Positions 28,107-38,460 of a stretch of DNA of 64,000 bases are shown here, one piece after another; the first letter of the stretch is position 1; the number at the start of each line of letters is the position of its first letter. Source of the DNA: Candidatus Gastranaerophilales bacterium (GTDB lineage Bacteria; Cyanobacteriota; Vampirovibrionia; Gastranaerophilales; Gastranaerophilaceae); contig QAMI01000059.1 of the NCBI GenBank assembly GCA_003150395.1, positions 2,719 to 66,718 on the forward strand. Reading direction: 5' to 3'. A program made the translations under genes and the position numbers. Under the pieces are notes generated by a model. That model was not told the DNA's origin, did no database searches, and worked only from the letters and a program-made list of their open reading frames with translations.

Positions 28107-29480
28107 TTATTTAACAAGTACATCAAACGCAACTTTTTTATTCATTTCAGAAAGCATTGTTTTAATTTGTTTGTATAGCTTCGAATTTGTTTTGCCGATG
28201 CTTGCAAAGATTATGACTTCGCTGCTGTTTCTTACCTGCTGTACAAAGTCGTTTGAAATATCAGCTTTGACAAGTGTAACATTTCTGAATTCCTTTAATT
28301 GGTCTATAATATTTTGAGGAATATTTTCAAACACAATAATTGAAATTTTTTGGTCTTGGTTTGCAAGAAGCATTAATTTCAAATCGGAAAAATCGTTTTC
28401 CAGATTATAAATTATATTATCACCAAGCATTGAATATGATAATTTTTTGTCGGTAACTTCTGCAAAAATTACTGCAAAAATTGAGGCAATAAATCCAAAA
28501 ACAATACCGAGTAAAATATTAATTAATAATTTAGGTGAAGAATATTCAAAATCTCTGAGTTTTTGCGGTTCTTTAATCACAAGAACTTTCGAAGAATCGG
28601 ACATATCTTCGACCATTTTGGCCCATTGAAGCTTTGAGGATAGATTTGCAACTTTAGCCGCTTCTTCGGTAACCTCGATTCGTGAGCGTTGGCCTTCAAT
28701 AATCTGACCTTGTAAATTAGACATTGCATGCTGTGCGGATTTGGAAAATGCACTCATTGCAGATAATCCACCGGTTGAAACGACAGCTTGTTCAGGAAGA
28801 CCTGAAACTGTATTAACTTTTTTATTTAAAGCTGTTTTAGCTTTATTGTATTCGTTTTCTATCATTTGTTTATCGGATTTAGACTTTTCTGAATTTAATT
28901 CTTTATGCAATGCAATATAGTTTGTAATAATTGAATTTACAACATTATACGCAAGCTCAGGGTCTTTGTTTTTGTATTCAATACTTACAACATTTGTGCC
29001 TTTTTTGTTTTCAAACGAAATATTTTTCTTTAAAAATGAGGCTGTCGAAATATATTCACCCTCTTTTTTATTTGGTATAATTCCCCATTTTTTCTTTATA
29101 ATAAGATTATTTTCTCTGATAACTTTATCAATAACAAGAGGGGATTGCATAAGTTCAAGTTCATTTGTTAATGCTCCTGCGCCACCAGACATGAGAGCAG
29201 CCATACCACCGCCTGCCCCAAGTTCTTCAATAGCGTAAGGGTTAATTTCCATCATGTTCGAGTTGTTGGCTTTGTTTATGTACAGGTCAGAGGTAACTGT
29301 GTATTTTTTTGATGTAACAAAAGTTAGTGATATAAATAATAATATTATTGCGCTAAAAATTTTAAAAATTAAAAATTTCCGTGTACAAAGAGCAAAAAAT
29401 ATTTTTTTTAAATCTATCGTTAATTCTTTATCAAGTTCTTCCTGTGGAATGTAAGCTGTTTGCTGCATATAATCTCCCAT
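28107..29480 (-). CDS. Polysaccharide co-polymerase / chain-length determinant (Wzz-type) with a C-terminal extension lacking a Walker A motif
   Basis: Wzz-like N-terminal TM, long periplasmic coiled region, second TM LLINILLGIVFGFIASIFAVIFAEV. The tail of about 100 aa has no GxxGxGK[ST]. Confidence 0.65.
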   Translation of the reverse strand: MGDYMQQTAYIPQEELDKELTIDLKKIFFALCTRKFLIFKIFSAIILLFISLTFVTSKKYTVTSDLYINKANNSNMMEINPYAIEELGAGGGMAALMSGGAGALTNELELMQSPLVIDKVIRENNLIIKKKWGIIPNKKEGEYISTASFLKKNISFENKKGTNVVSIEYKNKDPELAYNVVNSIITNYIALHKELNSEKSKSDKQMIENEYNKAKTALNKKVNTVSGLPEQAVVSTGGLSAMSAFSKSAQHAMSNLQGQIIEGQRSRIEVTEEAAKVANLSSKLQWAKMVEDMSDSSKVLVIKEPQKLRDFEYSSPKLLINILLGIVFGFIASIFAVIFAEVTDKKLSYSMLGDNIIYNLENDFSDLKLMLLANQDQKISIIVFENIPQNIIDQLKEFRNVTLVKADISNDFVQQVRNSSEVIIFASIGKTNSKLYKQIKTMLSEMNKKVAFDVLVK

Positions 29481-29539
29481 TAAATATTTTTTTTCAGGAT
29501 ATAATAAACAAACAAAATTTGCAAATTTTTTAACATAAA

Positions 29540-30865
29540 ATGTATTTTTATGCTAAAATTCAAAATAACATGTTTAATCTTAAATATAATTTTTTAGTAG
29601 CTGTTCAAATTATAGTTGGTATCTTAAATACTGCACTCTTGATGCGTGTTTTTGGCGTCTCTATCCAGAGTGATGCTTATTTATTAGCAAGTTCTATTTT
29701 AATTTCCCTTCAAGGAATACAAAATATGTTCATAATTCAATTTATTCATTTTTATAATGATGAAAAAGTCAAATCAATTGAATCTGCAAATAAATTTTAT
29801 AACTGTTCTTTGCTTTTTGCTTTTATCTTTGGCATACTATCTTTTATAATTTTTTATTTGTTTTTGAATCAAATTATACATTTGTTTGTTTTAAATATTG
29901 ATATTGAAAGATTAAGAGTTTTAAAACAATTATTATTTGTATCAACTATCGTGCTTGTTTTTTATCCTGTTATTTCTATTAATGAGGCAATATTGAATGC
30001 AGAAATGCGGTTTTCTATTCCCTATATATTAAATACAATCCCTGCTGCTACTGTGGTCCTCGCCCAAATTGTATTATTGTATTTAGGAAGTAAAAATATA
30101 ACAATTTTAGCTTTTGCTCAGTCAATAGCTTCGGTTATGGTTGCCGTGTTTGGTACTATATATATTTCTCAAAAGCTTGTACCTTTTAGAGTTCAGCTTT
30201 GGCATGTAATTATGCCTAAATTTATAAAAAATAGTTTCGAAATAGCTGGTGGACATGCTTTTTATGGGATTATGTTTAATTTGGTATTAAATAATTTTCT
30301 TGTATTATTTTCGAAAGGTATAGTATCTTGCTACTATTATGCTAAGAAAATTATTGATATTTCGACTCTTTTTTCAATTGGTCCTTCAAAAAGTATTTTA
30401 AGATCAAATATTTCTAAATCTCTTGCTAATCAGGAACCTGAGTTAATAAAGAATTATATAAAAAAGTTTATAAAGCTTTCTTTAGTTATCTTTATTGTTG
30501 TTGCAACAGTTGCCTATTTATTACAGGGTCCTATAATAAAATTAATTTCGAATGACAGTATAAATAATGTTCAGATAAAACAAATTTCATATCTTTTCTT
30601 GGGCCTTTTGCCATGGAGTTTAATTGAACTTTTAGGTGTTCCTTTTGCTCAGTTAAATATTGCAGCTAAAAAGAGTATTTATTTAATTACTGCAAATATA
30701 GGTTTTATAATTGCTATTATAATTACTCTATACTTATTTAAAAATATCCTACAACTATATTCAATTATTCCTGCGACAATAATTGCAGCTACAACTTGTA
30801 CAATTTGCCATATTATATTTTCAAAAAAAATATTTGCTAAGTTAAGGAGAGTTTCGAATGAATGA
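29540..30865 (+). CDS. MOP-superfamily flippase (Wzx/MurJ-like)
   Basis: 441 aa with about 12-14 TM segments, located in the polysaccharide locus. Confidence 0.65.
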   Translation: MYFYAKIQNNMFNLKYNFLVAVQIIVGILNTALLMRVFGVSIQSDAYLLASSILISLQGIQNMFIIQFIHFYNDEKVKSIESANKFYNCSLLFAFIFGILSFIIFYLFLNQIIHLFVLNIDIERLRVLKQLLFVSTIVLVFYPVISINEAILNAEMRFSIPYILNTIPAATVVLAQIVLLYLGSKNITILAFAQSIASVMVAVFGTIYISQKLVPFRVQLWHVIMPKFIKNSFEIAGGHAFYGIMFNLVLNNFLVLFSKGIVSCYYYAKKIIDISTLFSIGPSKSILRSNISKSLANQEPELIKNYIKKFIKLSLVIFIVVATVAYLLQGPIIKLISNDSINNVQIKQISYLFLGLLPWSLIELLGVPFAQLNIAAKKSIYLITANIGFIIAIIITLYLFKNILQLYSIIPATIIAATTCTICHIIFSKKIFAKLRRVSNE

Positions 30866-31757
30866 TATAAATAATCCAATGATAAGTGTGCTAACATCTT
30901 GTTATAATTCTGAAAGTTATATGCAACGGTATATTGACACTATATTGTATCAAACCTATGACAATATAGAACTAATTTTAATAAATAACGGTTCCACAGA
31001 TAAAACAGAAGATATTATTTTAAGTAATAGACATGCACTTGAAAAAAAATGTAAAAAGTTTATATATATTCGTCATGAAAATGTGTTACAAATAGGAGCT
31101 TCTATTAATGATGGTTTAAAACATGTTACTGGAACTTATTTAACTTGGCCAGATTCTGACGATATTATGTATCCAGATTATTTGACTAAAAAAGTGCGTT
31201 TTCTTGAAGATAATCCTCAGTATGATTTTTGTTTTAACGCAACTGATGTTGTAAATGAAAATGATGTAAATTTAATAATTAGACAAAATAAAAGAGTGAT
31301 TAAAGACGAGGATGATGATAAAAATTTGTTTGAAGATTTGATTTTTAGCCGTAATGTACTTTTTGAACCAATTGCAAGTTGCATACGTACAGAGCCTTTT
31401 TGGAAGGTAGTGCCTGAACATCAAATTTATCCTGGTATTTTAGGACAAAATTGGCAGTTCCTTTTGCCTATGGCTTATCATTATAAATGTGGATATATTC
31501 AAGAAAGCTTGGCTAAATATGTTTTAAGACCAACTTCAGAATCAAATAAACCGATGAGTTTTATACAAAAGAATAAATACTATTATGATATTCTTATAAA
31601 TACTGTTAATTCTATAGATATGCCTCAGGCAGAAAAAGTAAAGTACTTATTTCTTATAAACAAAATGTTTTTTATTAAATTTACTAGAGAATTTTTCATA
31701 AAATGTTTTTTTATAAGACAAATTAGAAACTATTTTAATTCAAAGAAAGGTCATTAA
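30858..31757 (+). CDS. Family 2 glycosyltransferase
   Basis: ISVLTSCYNSESYMQRYIDTILYQTYDNIELILINNGSTDKT; DSDD motif. Confidence 0.85.
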   Translation: MNDINNPMISVLTSCYNSESYMQRYIDTILYQTYDNIELILINNGSTDKTEDIILSNRHALEKKCKKFIYIRHENVLQIGASINDGLKHVTGTYLTWPDSDDIMYPDYLTKKVRFLEDNPQYDFCFNATDVVNENDVNLIIRQNKRVIKDEDDDKNLFEDLIFSRNVLFEPIASCIRTEPFWKVVPEHQIYPGILGQNWQFLLPMAYHYKCGYIQESLAKYVLRPTSESNKPMSFIQKNKYYYDILINTVNSIDMPQAEKVKYLFLINKMFFIKFTREFFIKCFFIRQIRNYFNSKKGH

Positions 31758-34006
31758 TGAAACAAGTTATAGAAAAAAAAGATTGTTGTGGATGTTCTGC
31801 ATGTGCGAACATTTGCCCTCATAAAGCAATTTCAATGGTTGAAAATTCTGAAGGTTTTTTATATCCGGAAATTGATGAGACTAAGTGTATAAATTGCGGA
31901 TTATGCGAAAAAGCATGCCCGATTTTGAGTAACAATAATGGCAATTTTAAAAATCCTGACTGTTATGCCGCTATGGCAGACGACGAAACAAGAAAAGTTA
32001 GTTCATCCGGCGGTGCTTTTTCGATTATTGCAGAATATATTTTAGAAAAGAATGGTTATATTTGTGGCTGTACTTTTGATAAAAATGACCTAAAGGCAAA
32101 ACATATAGTAATTAACTCAAAAGAAGATTTGTATAAACTTCGCGGGTCTAAATATGTCCAAAGCGATATTGGAACAACTTATCAAGATGTAAAAGAGTTG
32201 TTAGAAAATGGAAAGTTTGTTTTATTTAGTGGAACCCCTTGCCAAGTTGCAGGTTTAAAATCATTTTTGAGAAAAGAGTATGAGAACTTATTGACTGTTG
32301 ATATTTTGTGTCACGGGGTACCTTCTCCTAAAGTTTATCGTAAATATTTGAATGAACTTCTTACCTCTAGCAATGAAAAGGTAATAAATGTAAATTTTAG
32401 AGATAAAGTTAGGGGTTGGTCACCAACATTAACTCATACTACTACTACTACTACTACTACTTATAGTTATGTACAAGTAGATGATACATATATGCAGCTA
32501 TTCTTAAATAATATATCTCTAAGAAAAAATTGTACAGATTGTAACTTCTGTTCAACACAACGTCCTGGAGATTTTACGATTGCAGATTTTTGGGGTATAG
32601 AAAATTTTGATAAAAATCTAAATGACGGAAAAGGCACGTCATTAGTGTTGGTGAATAATCCAAAGGCAAAAAATATATATGAAAAACTTTTAGAGAAATT
32701 CCTTCTTTCTAAAAGTGTTCCTTTGAAATATGCGATTTTAGGAAATCGTAATTTATATGCACCGCACAAAGTTCATCATAAAAGAGAAGAATTTTTTAAA
32801 GAATTGGATAAATTTTCGCTAAAGCAACTGGTGAATTTATACGTAAACCATAAATATGATTGCGGAATTATGAATATGTTTAATAGTGTGAATTGTGGAG
32901 CGATGTTAACTTGTTATGCGTTACAAGAAACCTTAAAATTGTTAGGTTACACTTGTGCTGTAATAAATTTTGGTTATTGGGATAAGGAATATAGAAATAG
33001 TACTCATATAAATTTCGCAAAAAAGTATCTTAATACTACAAAAATGTTTAAAACAGCTAAAAGTCTTGTTGAAACAAATAATATATTTGATAAATTTATC
33101 GTAGGTTCTGACCAAATATTTAGATACTGGAATGGTAATTTTAATTATTTATATTATTTGGATTTTGTTGAAAATAATAAGAAAAAAATAGCCTGTGCTG
33201 CAAGTTTTGGTATAAATAGATTTGAAGCCCCAGAAAAATATAGAATATTTTATGAATATTACTTAAATAGATTTGACGCTATATCAGTGCGTGAGCTTAG
33301 TGGAATAAATATTTGTAAAGAGTATTTTAATAAAGATGTTGTGCGGATTTTAGATCCTGTTTTTTTAATAAATAAGGAAAAGTATGAACATATAATTTCT
33401 ACTTCTAACTTGCAATATGATAATTACATCTTACACTATGTTATTTCAAATTCAAATGTTGATAACTTCATTGATTTGTTAGCAAAACGATATAAATGTA
33501 ATATTATAAAGGTTCAAAAAAATGAAAAAATAGAAGATTGGCTTTATTTAATCAAAAATGCTAAATTGATAGTTACTGATTCTTTTCATGGTACGTGTTT
33601 TTCAGTTATATTTAATAAAGATTTTGTTTGTTATCCTACAGCTCAAGACGGTGCTGAGCGCTTAAGTTCTTTATTAAATATATTTGGATTAGAGGAAAAT
33701 TTATATTATAATTTTAGTAACGTAGAAAAACTTCACAAAATAGACTACAAAAATGTTAATAGAATTATGGAAATGGAAAAGAGTATGTCTATAACATGGC
33801 TGAGCTCAGAATTACAAAAGCAAAAAAATGATTTTGACAAATCTATTGAAACCCGATTAATTTTTGAGTTGTTAAAAAATAGTAATAAAATAATCCGTTA
33901 TCCAAGACAATCATTATATAAAAGAATTTATAATAAATTAGCAAAGCTTGTTAAGTCTGGTTTTAAAAGGCTTAAATTTTTCATTAGGTTTGTTGTAACA
34001 TATTAA
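31757..34006 (+). CDS. Fusion protein: FrhB-like (coenzyme F420 hydrogenase/dehydrogenase beta-type, 2x[4Fe-4S]) domain plus polysaccharide pyruvyl transferase domain
   Basis: N-terminus CCGCSACANICP / CINCGLCEKACP, then an FrhB-like body. Poly-Thr linker. The C-terminal half has DKFIVGSDQIF and LIVTDSFHGTCFSVIF, typical of pyruvyl transferases. Confidence 0.65.
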   Translation: MKQVIEKKDCCGCSACANICPHKAISMVENSEGFLYPEIDETKCINCGLCEKACPILSNNNGNFKNPDCYAAMADDETRKVSSSGGAFSIIAEYILEKNGYICGCTFDKNDLKAKHIVINSKEDLYKLRGSKYVQSDIGTTYQDVKELLENGKFVLFSGTPCQVAGLKSFLRKEYENLLTVDILCHGVPSPKVYRKYLNELLTSSNEKVINVNFRDKVRGWSPTLTHTTTTTTTTYSYVQVDDTYMQLFLNNISLRKNCTDCNFCSTQRPGDFTIADFWGIENFDKNLNDGKGTSLVLVNNPKAKNIYEKLLEKFLLSKSVPLKYAILGNRNLYAPHKVHHKREEFFKELDKFSLKQLVNLYVNHKYDCGIMNMFNSVNCGAMLTCYALQETLKLLGYTCAVINFGYWDKEYRNSTHINFAKKYLNTTKMFKTAKSLVETNNIFDKFIVGSDQIFRYWNGNFNYLYYLDFVENNKKKIACAASFGINRFEAPEKYRIFYEYYLNRFDAISVRELSGINICKEYFNKDVVRILDPVFLINKEKYEHIISTSNLQYDNYILHYVISNSNVDNFIDLLAKRYKCNIIKVQKNEKIEDWLYLIKNAKLIVTDSFHGTCFSVIFNKDFVCYPTAQDGAERLSSLLNIFGLEENLYYNFSNVEKLHKIDYKNVNRIMEMEKSMSITWLSSELQKQKNDFDKSIETRLIFELLKNSNKIIRYPRQSLYKRIYNKLAKLVKSGFKRLKFFIRFVVTY
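32438..32461 (+). repeat. In-frame trinucleotide repeat (ACT)8 encoding Thr8
   Basis: Eight consecutive ACT codons counted, lying between the two domains. Confidence 0.9.
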
Positions 34007-35168
34007 AAAATTTATTATATAACTCTTCAGAATAGTTTTTTTCTATATAACTATATGCATATTTGGACATTTGTTCAAGCTTATTCTTGTCTTTTAATAA
34101 AGAAATAATTTGATTTGCAAAATCAATGTCTGTTTTACATTTAATAGTAGCTTTGGTTTTAATTCCTTCTAACCCTATATTGTTTGATATAACAGGCAGG
34201 CCCATAGCTAATGTTTCTAATATTTTTATTTTAATTCCACTCCCGTATCTAAGGTAAACAATAAATAATTTGCATTTATTATAATATTCCTTTAAATCTT
34301 CAACAAAACCAGTAATTATGATTGACGGGTCAGAGTAACTATATCTTTTAATTAATTCAGGAGGGTTTTTACCAATAATATAAAATTTAATATTGGGTAT
34401 ATGTTTTTTTATATCGGGGTAAATATTCCTCAAAAAATATGAAAGTCCATCAATATTCGCATCCCAAGACATTGTTCCTACATACATAATGGAATTTTCT
34501 CGTTCTGCAAATGGTGTAGTATTAGTTGGGTTATTATTTATAATTATTGCGGGAAGCATTGAAATTTTTTGTTTGGGTACACCAATTCTAAATAAATGAT
34601 TTTTATCTTCTTCTGTAACGGTTAGTACTTTAGTAGCTCTATTGCATATTTTGCATTCATAGTTCTTTATTTTCTTAACTTCCTGTTTTAAATAAACTTT
34701 TTTTATAAGATTTCTTTCTTGTTTTTCTAATCTTTCCCACATAACATATTCAGCGTTGTGTTCCTTTAAAATTACTGTTTTGGGATAATCATCAGGAATA
34801 AATTGCATAGATAACCAATGATCAGAGTATATAATATCATATTCGTTCGCTATTTGTTTAACTTGTTTATACATTTCTTCTGATTTATTTCGAAAAATGC
34901 TTAATGGTAAATTATTTTGTATTGCTGCTAATATGTTTGTTAAATTTCTTTGTTTTGTTACAAAGTTTATCAAGTATACTTTATTTATTCCAATTAATTT
35001 TAATTCTTTTTCTATTTTATTAATGTTATGTTCATCTTCATTATAAAATGATATATAATCTACTTTAAAATTTTTGCATAGATATTTTAATGAATGTAAT
35101 GTACCAATTAAACCACCACTAATTGCCGGAATGGGTACTCTCGGAGTTATAAATAGTAACTTTTTCAT
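33984..35168 (-). CDS. Family 4 (GT-B) glycosyltransferase
   Basis: C-terminal GSGIKIKILETLAMGLPVISNNIGLEGI motif. 23-nt convergent overlap with the preceding gene. Confidence 0.8.
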   Translation of the reverse strand: MKKLLFITPRVPIPAISGGLIGTLHSLKYLCKNFKVDYISFYNEDEHNINKIEKELKLIGINKVYLINFVTKQRNLTNILAAIQNNLPLSIFRNKSEEMYKQVKQIANEYDIIYSDHWLSMQFIPDDYPKTVILKEHNAEYVMWERLEKQERNLIKKVYLKQEVKKIKNYECKICNRATKVLTVTEEDKNHLFRIGVPKQKISMLPAIIINNNPTNTTPFAERENSIMYVGTMSWDANIDGLSYFLRNIYPDIKKHIPNIKFYIIGKNPPELIKRYSYSDPSIIITGFVEDLKEYYNKCKLFIVYLRYGSGIKIKILETLAMGLPVISNNIGLEGIKTKATIKCKTDIDFANQIISLLKDKNKLEQMSKYAYSYIEKNYSEELYNKFFNMLQQT

Positions 35169-35177
35169 ATGTTGATT

Positions 35178-36650
35178 CTAAATCCTTTCTTGTGAATTGT
35201 GCAATTGTGTTATTACTAATCCTAAAAATAAAAAATAATAAAAATTTCCCGTAACACCACTTGCAGAATCTGTAAACATTGAGTTGATGGTATATCCTAA
35301 AAAGGCTCCAGCTGTTGTTAAACTAAGCTTGGCTAATTCTAGATTTTTGTTTTTATTTGAAATATATCCTTTTACTAATGAATAAATTGATGTAATTATA
35401 AACATTAAGTATGGTATAAATCCAATAAGTCCAGTTTGTCCAAGCATTGTCCCAATCATAGATTCTTTGCCAACAGCTTCTGTAGAAGCATTATCATCGA
35501 AAGATGTAAAATTCCCTGCATTACCGAATCCTAGTCCAAAGGGATGTTCTAAGCCAGAAAGAATACCAGTTTTAAGACCATCAATATGAGCTGCTGCACC
35601 AGAATTAGTTAGCAGAAGAAATGCTATCGTAAGTGTGATACATGCATAAACACTTATTAAAAAAGTTCTACGAATTAATAAAGGGATTTTTTGATTAAAA
35701 TATAATATAAATGAGCTTCCACACAATATAATTATAAGTGCCCCTTTACTAAATGTTAATATTATGCAGAAAAAAACTAAAAAATTAATTATAAACTTAG
35801 TAAAGAAATCTTTTATTCCTTTAATTTTCATTGTGTTAACGAAACAACTACAAAAAATTGAATATAGTAATGAGAAAGCGAGAAAACTACCTAATGTTGT
35901 TGGCTCTATGTAAGTTGTAATAAATCTAGGAAGTGCTCCCCAAGTATAATCAATAAAAATGCCACCTTTCATTACATCTCCAAAAGACCATTGTATTGGG
36001 ATAAAACCAGCTAAAACTTGTTTATTAAAATATTCATTTACATTAAACAATACTTGATAAATATAATGTCTTGCACCAAAGTAATCAATAAGTCCAAAGA
36101 TGCAAATTGAATATGTAAAGAATATAGTAAATTTTAAACTGTTTTTCAGCTGTTTAATATTAATTACAGCTAGTCTACCTATAAAATAAACTAAAGGCAA
36201 CATTATAAAACGTCTAAACGATAATAAAGTTAACCATATATTTACATGTGAAAATATTGCATAACATATTAAGATAATGCAAAAACTTATTAAAAAAGTA
36301 TCAGAACTTTGAAGTTTTATTTTTATTTTTTTTATACAGAAAAGACTAAATAATATAAGAAATATGTAGACAAATAATATTTCTTTTATTAAGAAGAAGC
36401 TTCTAAATGTTTCTACTGTAATAATAGGTAGTGATGCTAATATTAACCCTATAAATCTTTGAAAGCCAAACCAAAGAGTTATAAAATTTATTAATAAATT
36501 AAATTTTTTAATTATTAGGTATGATAGTATTGCTATACTAATAAATCCTAAAGTCAGACTAAAAGTTATATCAATCAAAGGATTTCCTGATATATTAGAC
36601 AAACATAGTATTATAAAAAAAAGTATAACTATATAAATTAAAATACTCAT
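35178..36650 (-). CDS. O-antigen polymerase/ligase-like (Wzy-type) polytopic membrane protein
   Basis: 490 aa with more than 10 TM segments, located in the Wzx/Wzy locus. Confidence 0.6.
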   Translation of the reverse strand: MSILIYIVILFFIILCLSNISGNPLIDITFSLTLGFISIAILSYLIIKKFNLLINFITLWFGFQRFIGLILASLPIITVETFRSFFLIKEILFVYIFLILFSLFCIKKIKIKLQSSDTFLISFCIILICYAIFSHVNIWLTLLSFRRFIMLPLVYFIGRLAVINIKQLKNSLKFTIFFTYSICIFGLIDYFGARHYIYQVLFNVNEYFNKQVLAGFIPIQWSFGDVMKGGIFIDYTWGALPRFITTYIEPTTLGSFLAFSLLYSIFCSCFVNTMKIKGIKDFFTKFIINFLVFFCIILTFSKGALIIILCGSSFILYFNQKIPLLIRRTFLISVYACITLTIAFLLLTNSGAAAHIDGLKTGILSGLEHPFGLGFGNAGNFTSFDDNASTEAVGKESMIGTMLGQTGLIGFIPYLMFIITSIYSLVKGYISNKNKNLELAKLSLTTAGAFLGYTINSMFTDSASGVTGNFYYFLFLGLVITQLHNSQERI

Positions 36651-37450
36651 TTTAAGTGTTTCCTACTAAAATACTCTTTTGCGCATAAATAATAGTAAAA
36701 TGGTATTGTTGTCATTTGTCTTTTGAAACGAAGCTTTGGTTCTTGCAATAGCCGATATAGCCATTCGTTACCTGTTTTTTTAAAGAAGGTAGGTGCTCGC
36801 TTGACCTTGCCTGCAATAAAGTCAAATGAGCCTCCAAGACCTATACAAATTTTAATGTTTTCTTTTTCAAAAAACGAATAATTATCATATATAAAGAGTT
36901 CCTGCTTGGGGGCTCCAAAAGCTACACATAATACATCAGGCTTAAAACATCTAATTCTATTTTTAATATTATTTAACTCAGAATCAGAAAATGAACTATT
37001 TTTTGTATAAGGTGGAGAATAGTTAGAGATTTCTAACTTTGGATATAGTTTTTGCAATTCAATCTTTGCCTGTAAAGAAACTTCATCGGAAGCTCCAAGT
37101 ATGAAAAATTTTTTATTATGTTTCATGCATAACTCGGAAATTTCATATACTAAATCAGACCCACAAACTCTTTCTTTAATATTTATATTATACCACTTGA
37201 GTACATTTATAATGCCTACACCATCAACGGTATTTAAATCGGAGATAGAGTTAAGGTACTTTTTAAATAAGTTGTTTTTTTGAGCTATCATGATTAATTC
37301 TAAATTAACTGGAGTGATTAAATATGGTTTTGTTCTTGTTGAATTAAGTATAATTTGTATTTTATTTAGTACAGCACTTTTTTCTAGGATATCAACTTTT
37401 ATATCTAATATTAGTGTAGAATGCGTTTTTTTATTTACATCATTATCCAA
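36647..37450 (-). CDS. WecB/TagA/CpsF-family glycosyltransferase
   Basis: VDGVGI, AFGAPKQELFI, GLGGSFDFIAGKVKRAP, NEWLYRLLQEPKLRFKRQ. Confidence 0.85.
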   Translation of the reverse strand: MDNDVNKKTHSTLILDIKVDILEKSAVLNKIQIILNSTRTKPYLITPVNLELIMIAQKNNLFKKYLNSISDLNTVDGVGIINVLKWYNINIKERVCGSDLVYEISELCMKHNKKFFILGASDEVSLQAKIELQKLYPKLEISNYSPPYTKNSSFSDSELNNIKNRIRCFKPDVLCVAFGAPKQELFIYDNYSFFEKENIKICIGLGGSFDFIAGKVKRAPTFFKKTGNEWLYRLLQEPKLRFKRQMTTIPFYYYLCAKEYFSRKHLK

Positions 37451-38460
37451 CTTTCGGCCCCCAAGTTTGTAAATCTAAATCTTCTGAATTCTCCACCTAG
37501 TTTGGATAATTCTTCAATAACTCTATATCGGCTATTGCCAGGACAATAAAACATGAAAAAACCGCCGCCGCCGGCTCCTGAAATCTTTCCGCCTGTTGCA
37601 CCTGCTTTAATTGCGGTTTCATAAATATTGTCAATAACAGGATTTGAAATTGCAGATGACATTTTCTTTTTATTTTCCCAGCCGGTATTTAATAGTTCGC
37701 CCATTTTCGATAAATTTCCGGTCAACAATGCTTCTTTCATATCCAAAGACTGCTGCTTTAATTTATGCATTGCATCAATTGCTTTTTCTTCTTTTTTCTT
37801 TGTGTTTTCAACCTGACTTTCAATAATTTTAGCTGAAAGTCTGCTTGTTCCTGTATAATACAACAAAACATTGAATTCCAACTCGTTAACATATTCTTTT
37901 CTAATTCTTAAAGGATTTACCAAAACTTTCTCATTTGCGGCAAATTCCATAAAGTTAAACCCGCCAAATGCTGCAGCATATTGATCCTGACGTCCGCCTG
38001 CCATGTTTAAATCTTCGCGTTCAATACTCCAGGCAAGTTTTGCTAGGTCATATTCACCAAGCGGAAGGTTTTGCCATTCTTGAAACGCTTTTACAATTGC
38101 AACAACAAGGGTTGAGCTTGAGCCTAAACCGCTTCCGGCAGGGGCATCAACATAGGTTGTCAAAGTAAAACTCAAAGGCTTTTTTATATAATCTTTTATC
38201 AAACGATTGTACACACCTTTTAACAAATCAAATTTGCCGTCTATTTTAAAAGCTTCAACTGAATCAAAAGTGCAAAATTCACCTCTGTCTTCACATCTAA
38301 ATTCGATTTTTCCGTCATTTCTTGGCTCAATTGTTGCATAAGCATACATGTTTATACATGCATTCAGAATAGAACCTCCAAAAATGTCACAGTATGGGCT
38401 GACATCGGTTCCCCCGCCTGCTAGACCTATTCTTAATGGAGCTTTTGACCTGATAAGCAT
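37435..38460 (-). CDS. hddA: GHMP kinase, D-glycero-alpha-D-manno-heptose 7-phosphate kinase type
   Basis: SKAPLRIGLAGGGTD, PAGSGLGSSSTLVV, GGKISGAGGGGF. Neighbours are gmhA and hddC-gmhB. Confidence 0.75.
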   Translation of the reverse strand: MLIRSKAPLRIGLAGGGTDVSPYCDIFGGSILNACINMYAYATIEPRNDGKIEFRCEDRGEFCTFDSVEAFKIDGKFDLLKGVYNRLIKDYIKKPLSFTLTTYVDAPAGSGLGSSSTLVVAIVKAFQEWQNLPLGEYDLAKLAWSIEREDLNMAGGRQDQYAAAFGGFNFMEFAANEKVLVNPLRIRKEYVNELEFNVLLYYTGTSRLSAKIIESQVENTKKKEEKAIDAMHKLKQQSLDMKEALLTGNLSKMGELLNTGWENKKKMSSAISNPVIDNIYETAIKAGATGGKISGAGGGGFFMFYCPGNSRYRVIEELSKLGGEFRRFRFTNLGAESWIMM

